Virus record (IMG/VR): IMGVR_UViG_3300032280_000787
Span: 1-50,342 of that record
Reading direction: 5' to 3' (one strand)
Length of the DNA: 50,342 nt
DNA from: a virus
Lineage: Duplodnaviria; Caudoviricetes
The position numbers were made by a program, and so were the translations under genes. Below are positions 46,397 to 50,342 of this stretch, one piece after another; positions within the stretch are counted from its first letter, which is position 1; each line of letters begins with the position of its first letter. Below the pieces are notes generated by a model that worked only from the letters and a program-made list of their open reading frames with translations, was not told the DNA's origin and did no database searches.

Positions 46397-49099
46397 ATGA
46401 TAATTATTTTACCTAAAAATACTGAATATAAGCTAGGGAACGATTTCCCACTTATTAGTATTCCAATGACAATGGAAAATGCTGAATCTGCTTCTTTTGA
46501 GGATTTCCAGTGGTGGGCATATTCTAAGGACTTTAGAAATTGGTTAAAAGCAAATCCAAGAGAATGGGTTGCTGATTCCGAAGATCTATCCAAATATACT
46601 GGAAGCTTAACAGAGTATCTGAGAGAGTGTATGGATAAAGCTGAGTCAGAGGAGGATTTAATTAACGATTCTAAGGTCATTTCTTTTGATGATTTTCAGA
46701 AGATGATTTCAGAGAGCGATACCATTTTAGAAAATGATGAACCTGGAGTTGATGATCAAGCTACAGTAAAAGAAGCTGTAAAATTCCATTTTGCATATAA
46801 CACATTAAAAAACGAAGGTAAGATACAGGAATCTACTACTGCGGATCAGATAGCTACCGGAGATGATAAAGCGGTATTCTTAGTTTTAGAAGATCCAGAG
46901 AGTAAAGAAAATGTTTTGGAGACTCTAAAAGCATTTAGAATGAAGGGGTTCACAGATACTGCAACAGAATCTAAATTTACTCTATTAAGTGTTACCGAGA
47001 TGGTACCTGGAGGTCCTATCTCGGAAGACGATTCTCCAGAAAATGTTGTTGGTAAGATAGTTCAAGATGCTACTATCTTAGCAACTACAGCCGGTGCAGG
47101 AGTTATGATATTCGGAGCTCTTAAAATAGCTGGAGGTGCTTTAGGGACACAAGCTTTACTAAAAACTATTAGAGGATTTTCTCCTAGTGCAGCTGCACAA
47201 GCTGCTGCTAATGCAGCTAAACCTGGAATTTGGAGTAAAGCTGGAAAGTTTACTGTAGGTAAAATTAAGAGCATATGGGGGACAGCCAAAGAAATGGCGG
47301 TTCTTAAAAATACGAGAATAGCAGCTCAAGGTGCAGCAAGGGGATTTAGAGGTGCTAAAGCTTCCTACATGTTAGGTAAACAGGGAGTTGGCGGTGCAAT
47401 TAAAGCTTTCGGTAAAGGATTTACCAGAGGATTTTCCAAACTTGGAGGTAAGGCTATACCATTTGTTGGTGAAGTTCTTATGGTAATAGATGCTGTAGGA
47501 TCTACGTGGAATTGGCTCAGTTCAAACCAAGCACCTAGATATGGTGAAGTTGATAGTTTTGCTCACAATTCAATGAATCCTGCATCTATACCGGTCGGAG
47601 TTCCCATTACTATATGTTGGTCTCAACCTGCAGGAGGATGGGGAGGGGGTGCAACTAGCTTCTTCTTTAATAACGAGACTAGAACTACCTGTGAACTTGT
47701 AAAGGTAGGTACAAAGGATAATTATTCGATATTTCTATTAACTCAGGTTAACTCTAAAGAGGTACAGAAACAGCTAGCATCTCACGATCTGATCCTAGTT
47801 GCTCTTGATAATAGTGATAAGGTTAACGAACAACCGGAAGACGAAAAAAATGTCTTAGGAAAGATTGGTAAATATGTTCAGAGGACTTTTGATAATGAAG
47901 ATCTTGATTTTAAAATGTCTTTTGTTGATGGAATTGATAAGATTGCAGCTTTATTCAATTTCCAGGGGATGTGCGATTGGAGCGAGTTTACATCAGAATA
48001 TAATAATGCTTCAGACCAGTTGATAATAGCGGACGAGAGTGCCCCTGCAACATATCAGTTCTACTACACTGATTCAGAGGATAATATTATTAACGTAGCA
48101 GGTAGATTATTAACCAGTGAGGAATTAGCTACAACATCTGATAGTGACATAGAAAAAATATTTTATCCGATAGAAGGTGGTGAAAATGTTTTTTCACAGA
48201 CCAAGAAAAGGGGGGAAGAGGAGGTAACCGAAGGATCCGAAAATTTTGATGGGAAAGCACTGGATTTTCTAGCGGAATCATCTGGAGTATTAACTAGCTT
48301 CTCCGATTTTAATTCTTCTATCGATCGGATTAAATCTGTAATCTTTGAGGATAAGGGTCAGAGTGGAAATCCTGATGAGGGATCTGAAGATCCTGATTCT
48401 CAAGGTACCCAAGCAAACACCGCAGATCTTGGAGTAGAAGACAAGGTTGGTCCAGCTAAAGTAGCAATCTATAAAGTGACCGATCGGGAATATGCTAATC
48501 CAGAGCTTAGGAAATATAAAGCCGGAGTATTTACACAGTTCGTACTTACTGAAGAATCTTTTGATGCGAAAGCTAATGAATCCATCGGAGTCGATGTTAA
48601 CACTACCGGTGAGGATTTAGAAGATCCTAGAAGAGGAGTTTATGCTTACAAGAGAAAAGAGGATAAGCCTGTAGTATCCGATAAGAACAAAGATAAGGAG
48701 AAAGATAAGGAGGAAGAGGACGTAAAAAGGGATCAACAACCTGATGTTGAAAAACAGGAAGATGATTATTTCTTGAAGGTTGATCCGAAGGATGTTGAGA
48801 TTAAGGACAAGAGAAACTCTACAGTAATCAGGGACAAGAGCGTTGAGGGTGGAATCAATATCATGGACGAATTCCTAAATGCTAAACAGAAAGAAATCTT
48901 AGGCATATCAGATTGGAAAGCAATAACCTTTGCTAAATCTATGATGGATGCTAAAGGTGATGTGACCGAGGTAAAACTAAAAAACAGATTTGCTCCATTT
49001 GGTGATAAAATTAGAAAATATAGAGTTACCGACGGTGAACCATTCGAACTAGCAAAGAAATTTGCAGAGGATGTTGAAACGAGAATAAAATATGAATAA
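46397..49099 (+). CDS. 900-aa hypothetical protein with Gly/Ala-rich hydrophobic/amphipathic segment; candidate internal/ejected virion protein
   Basis: ILATTAGAGVMIFGALKIAGGALG...KAIPFVGEVLMVIDAVG flanked by acidic domains; next to the prohead protease. Confidence 0.6.
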   Translation: MIIILPKNTEYKLGNDFPLISIPMTMENAESASFEDFQWWAYSKDFRNWLKANPREWVADSEDLSKYTGSLTEYLRECMDKAESEEDLINDSKVISFDDFQKMISESDTILENDEPGVDDQATVKEAVKFHFAYNTLKNEGKIQESTTADQIATGDDKAVFLVLEDPESKENVLETLKAFRMKGFTDTATESKFTLLSVTEMVPGGPISEDDSPENVVGKIVQDATILATTAGAGVMIFGALKIAGGALGTQALLKTIRGFSPSAAAQAAANAAKPGIWSKAGKFTVGKIKSIWGTAKEMAVLKNTRIAAQGAARGFRGAKASYMLGKQGVGGAIKAFGKGFTRGFSKLGGKAIPFVGEVLMVIDAVGSTWNWLSSNQAPRYGEVDSFAHNSMNPASIPVGVPITICWSQPAGGWGGGATSFFFNNETRTTCELVKVGTKDNYSIFLLTQVNSKEVQKQLASHDLILVALDNSDKVNEQPEDEKNVLGKIGKYVQRTFDNEDLDFKMSFVDGIDKIAALFNFQGMCDWSEFTSEYNNASDQLIIADESAPATYQFYYTDSEDNIINVAGRLLTSEELATTSDSDIEKIFYPIEGGENVFSQTKKRGEEEVTEGSENFDGKALDFLAESSGVLTSFSDFNSSIDRIKSVIFEDKGQSGNPDEGSEDPDSQGTQANTADLGVEDKVGPAKVAIYKVTDREYANPELRKYKAGVFTQFVLTEESFDAKANESIGVDVNTTGEDLEDPRRGVYAYKRKEDKPVVSDKNKDKEKDKEEEDVKRDQQPDVEKQEDDYFLKVDPKDVEIKDKRNSTVIRDKSVEGGINIMDEFLNAKQKEILGISDWKAITFAKSMMDAKGDVTEVKLKNRFAPFGDKIRKYRVTDGEPFELAKKFAEDVETRIKYE

Positions 49100-49133
49100 T
49101 CAGGAAATATTAAAAATTATCTGAATGATTATT

Positions 49134-49141
49134 GATATATA
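49134..49141 (+). promoter_or_regulatory. Putative late promoter (RATATATA class)
   Basis: GATATATA 25 nt before ATG 49167. Confidence 0.6.
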
Positions 49142-49166
49142 AATGACACAAAAAGAAAAAAAGAAA

Positions 49167-50342
49167 ATGTCAACAACTCAAAGACTGAACGAAGAATTGG
49201 TTTTCATACTCGAAAGACAAGAACTTTTTCTTGAATCTAAGAAAGAGGGATCAAGTGATTATGTATTAGAGGGTATTGCTGCAGTTTTCGGAAAAGAAAA
49301 CAACAACAATAGAATCTACGAGGAGAAAGAATACCTTCCTCATTTAGATTATCTTAAAGATAAGATAAAACAGAGAAGACTAGTTGGCGAATTGGACCAC
49401 CCCGAAAAATTTGACGTTTCTCTTAAGAATATTTCCCACATCATAGAAAATTTAGATTATGATAAAGGAAATAGACAACTTAAGATTAAAGTTAGATTAT
49501 TAGATACACCAGCAGGTAAAATAGCTAAAAACTTAGTTGATGCTGGAGTTCCTTTATCTATATCTTCTAGAGCCGCTGGATCGGTTGGTGGAGATAGGAA
49601 AGTACAAATCAAGAAAATCTTCACATACGATTTGGTTGCGGATCCTGGTTTTCAAGATGCACAATTAGAAAGAGTATACGAGAGTGCTGGTTTCACCTAC
49701 GAAGAATTCTTCGAAAAAAGAAATAACACTATTCTAAATAGCTTAACTTGCTTAAATGAATCATTAGGTATGGAAAATGAATCACCAGTGAAGATATATA
49801 GAGTTGAAAACAACGAAGAATTTAATAAACTCGTGAAAACAGACAAAAATAAAGCATCCCTTATGGAGAATAATGAATTTGTTACCGCCGATGAATTGAA
49901 CCAATATTCCATCTTTCTTAAGAAGGAAATGGATTCGATGAAGAATGAGCTAACAACTATTAGACAACAAAGAAGTTCTATTGATGAATCTAATACTGAT
50001 GATTCTAAATCTTTAGTTAGTCAACTTGAGAATAGAGTAGCTAAATTAGAGAAATACTCGGAATATCTTGCTGAAAATTTAGACAACGCAATCAAATACG
50101 GAGAATATCTTGCTGAGAATTTAGATCAAAGCATTAGCTATAGCAAATATTTGGCTGAGAACTTGGATGAGAGCATTTCTTACTCCAAATATCTTTCAGA
50201 GAACGTAGATAAGAACATTTCTTACTCCAAATATCTTGCAGAGAATGTAGATAAGTCAATTAGCTATACTGAGTACGTTGCTGAGAACGTTGATAGAAAT
50301 ATCGAATACTCTAAATATTTAGCTGAGAAATTAGATCAATCA
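49167..50342 (+). CDS. gp21: Prohead protease (T4 gp21-like) fused to a scaffold-like coiled coil; not in the ORF track, runs off the window
   Basis: Translated by hand with no stop to the window end: LEGIAAVFGKENNNNRIY, GELDHP, LLDTPAG, ISSRAAG, YDLVADPGF; in-frame ATG also at 49143. Confidence 0.92.
   Translation, partial: MSTTQRLNEELVFILERQELFLESKKEGSSDYVLEGIAAVFGKENNNNRIYEEKEYLPHLDYLKDKIKQRRLVGELDHPEKFDVSLKNISHIIENLDYDKGNRQLKIKVRLLDTPAGKIAKNLVDAGVPLSISSRAAGSVGGDRKVQIKKIFTYDLVADPGFQDAQLERVYESAGFTYEEFFEKRNNTILNSLTCLNESLGMENESPVKIYRVENNEEFNKLVKTDKNKASLMENNEFVTADELNQYSIFLKKEMDSMKNELTTIRQQRSSIDESNTDDSKSLVSQLENRVAKLEKYSEYLAENLDNAIKYGEYLAENLDQSISYSKYLAENLDESISYSKYLSENVDKNISYSKYLAENVDKSISYTEYVAENVDRNIEYSKYLAEKLDQS
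50061..50342 (+). repeat. Degenerate 42-bp (14-aa) tandem repeat, nearly 7 copies visible, consensus (E/K)YLAEN(L/V)DxSIxYS
   Basis: Units start at 50061, 50103, 50145, 50187, 50229, 50271, 50313. Confidence 0.9.

Noticed and set aside
45592-49099. NTase plus membrane-segment protein as a CBASS operon
   Set aside because: No recognisable CD-NTase-specific features or SAVED/STING/patatin/Cap2-3 partners; context and promoters are late phage type
1352-49912. All minus-strand ORFs in the track, and nested plus-strand ORFs such as 7900, 11251, 14285, 29482 and 44966
   Set aside because: Short shadows of well-supported plus-strand genes with no recognisable motifs; 11251-11682 is an alternate-frame reading of the Ser/Gly repeat
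50061-50342. 42-bp periodic repeats as a CRISPR array
   Set aside because: No invariant repeat with unique spacers; units are in frame in an open ORF and vary largely at synonymous positions
1-50342. Stop-codon reassignment as in some jumbo phages
   Set aside because: Conserved genes are full length in code 11, and TAG, TGA and TAA all end genes at positions abutting the next gene

Overview
An AT-rich, gene-dense window with all convincing genes on the + strand, read in the standard genetic code. It comes from a large T4-like (myovirus-type, probably jumbo) phage. It interleaves T4-type replication and recombination genes (gp41 helicase, gp47/gp46, ligase, gp44 clamp loader, RNase H-like nuclease, dCMP deaminase, guanylate kinase) with morphogenesis genes (neck, terminase, sheath, two tail tubes, hub/chaperone pair, tape-measure-like protein, gp4, gp2, two tandem portals, and a prohead protease-scaffold ORF missing from the ORF track that runs off the right edge). 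A-rich leaders without Shine-Dalgarno sites and TAnnTTTG boxes suggest a Bacteroidota host. The main observations are: (1) three promoter motif classes whose placement suggests a cascade from host sigma to a phage ECF-like sigma to a gp55-like sigma; (2) a probable nested scaffold gene with its own late promoter inside the protease gene; (3) duplicated full-length portals; (4) two candidate programmed frameshifts; (5) a late promoter in the loop of a terminator hairpin ahead of a possibly virion-packaged nucleotidyltransferase; (6) a catalytically eroded UvsE homologue. All calls come from motif recognition by eye; no searches were run.
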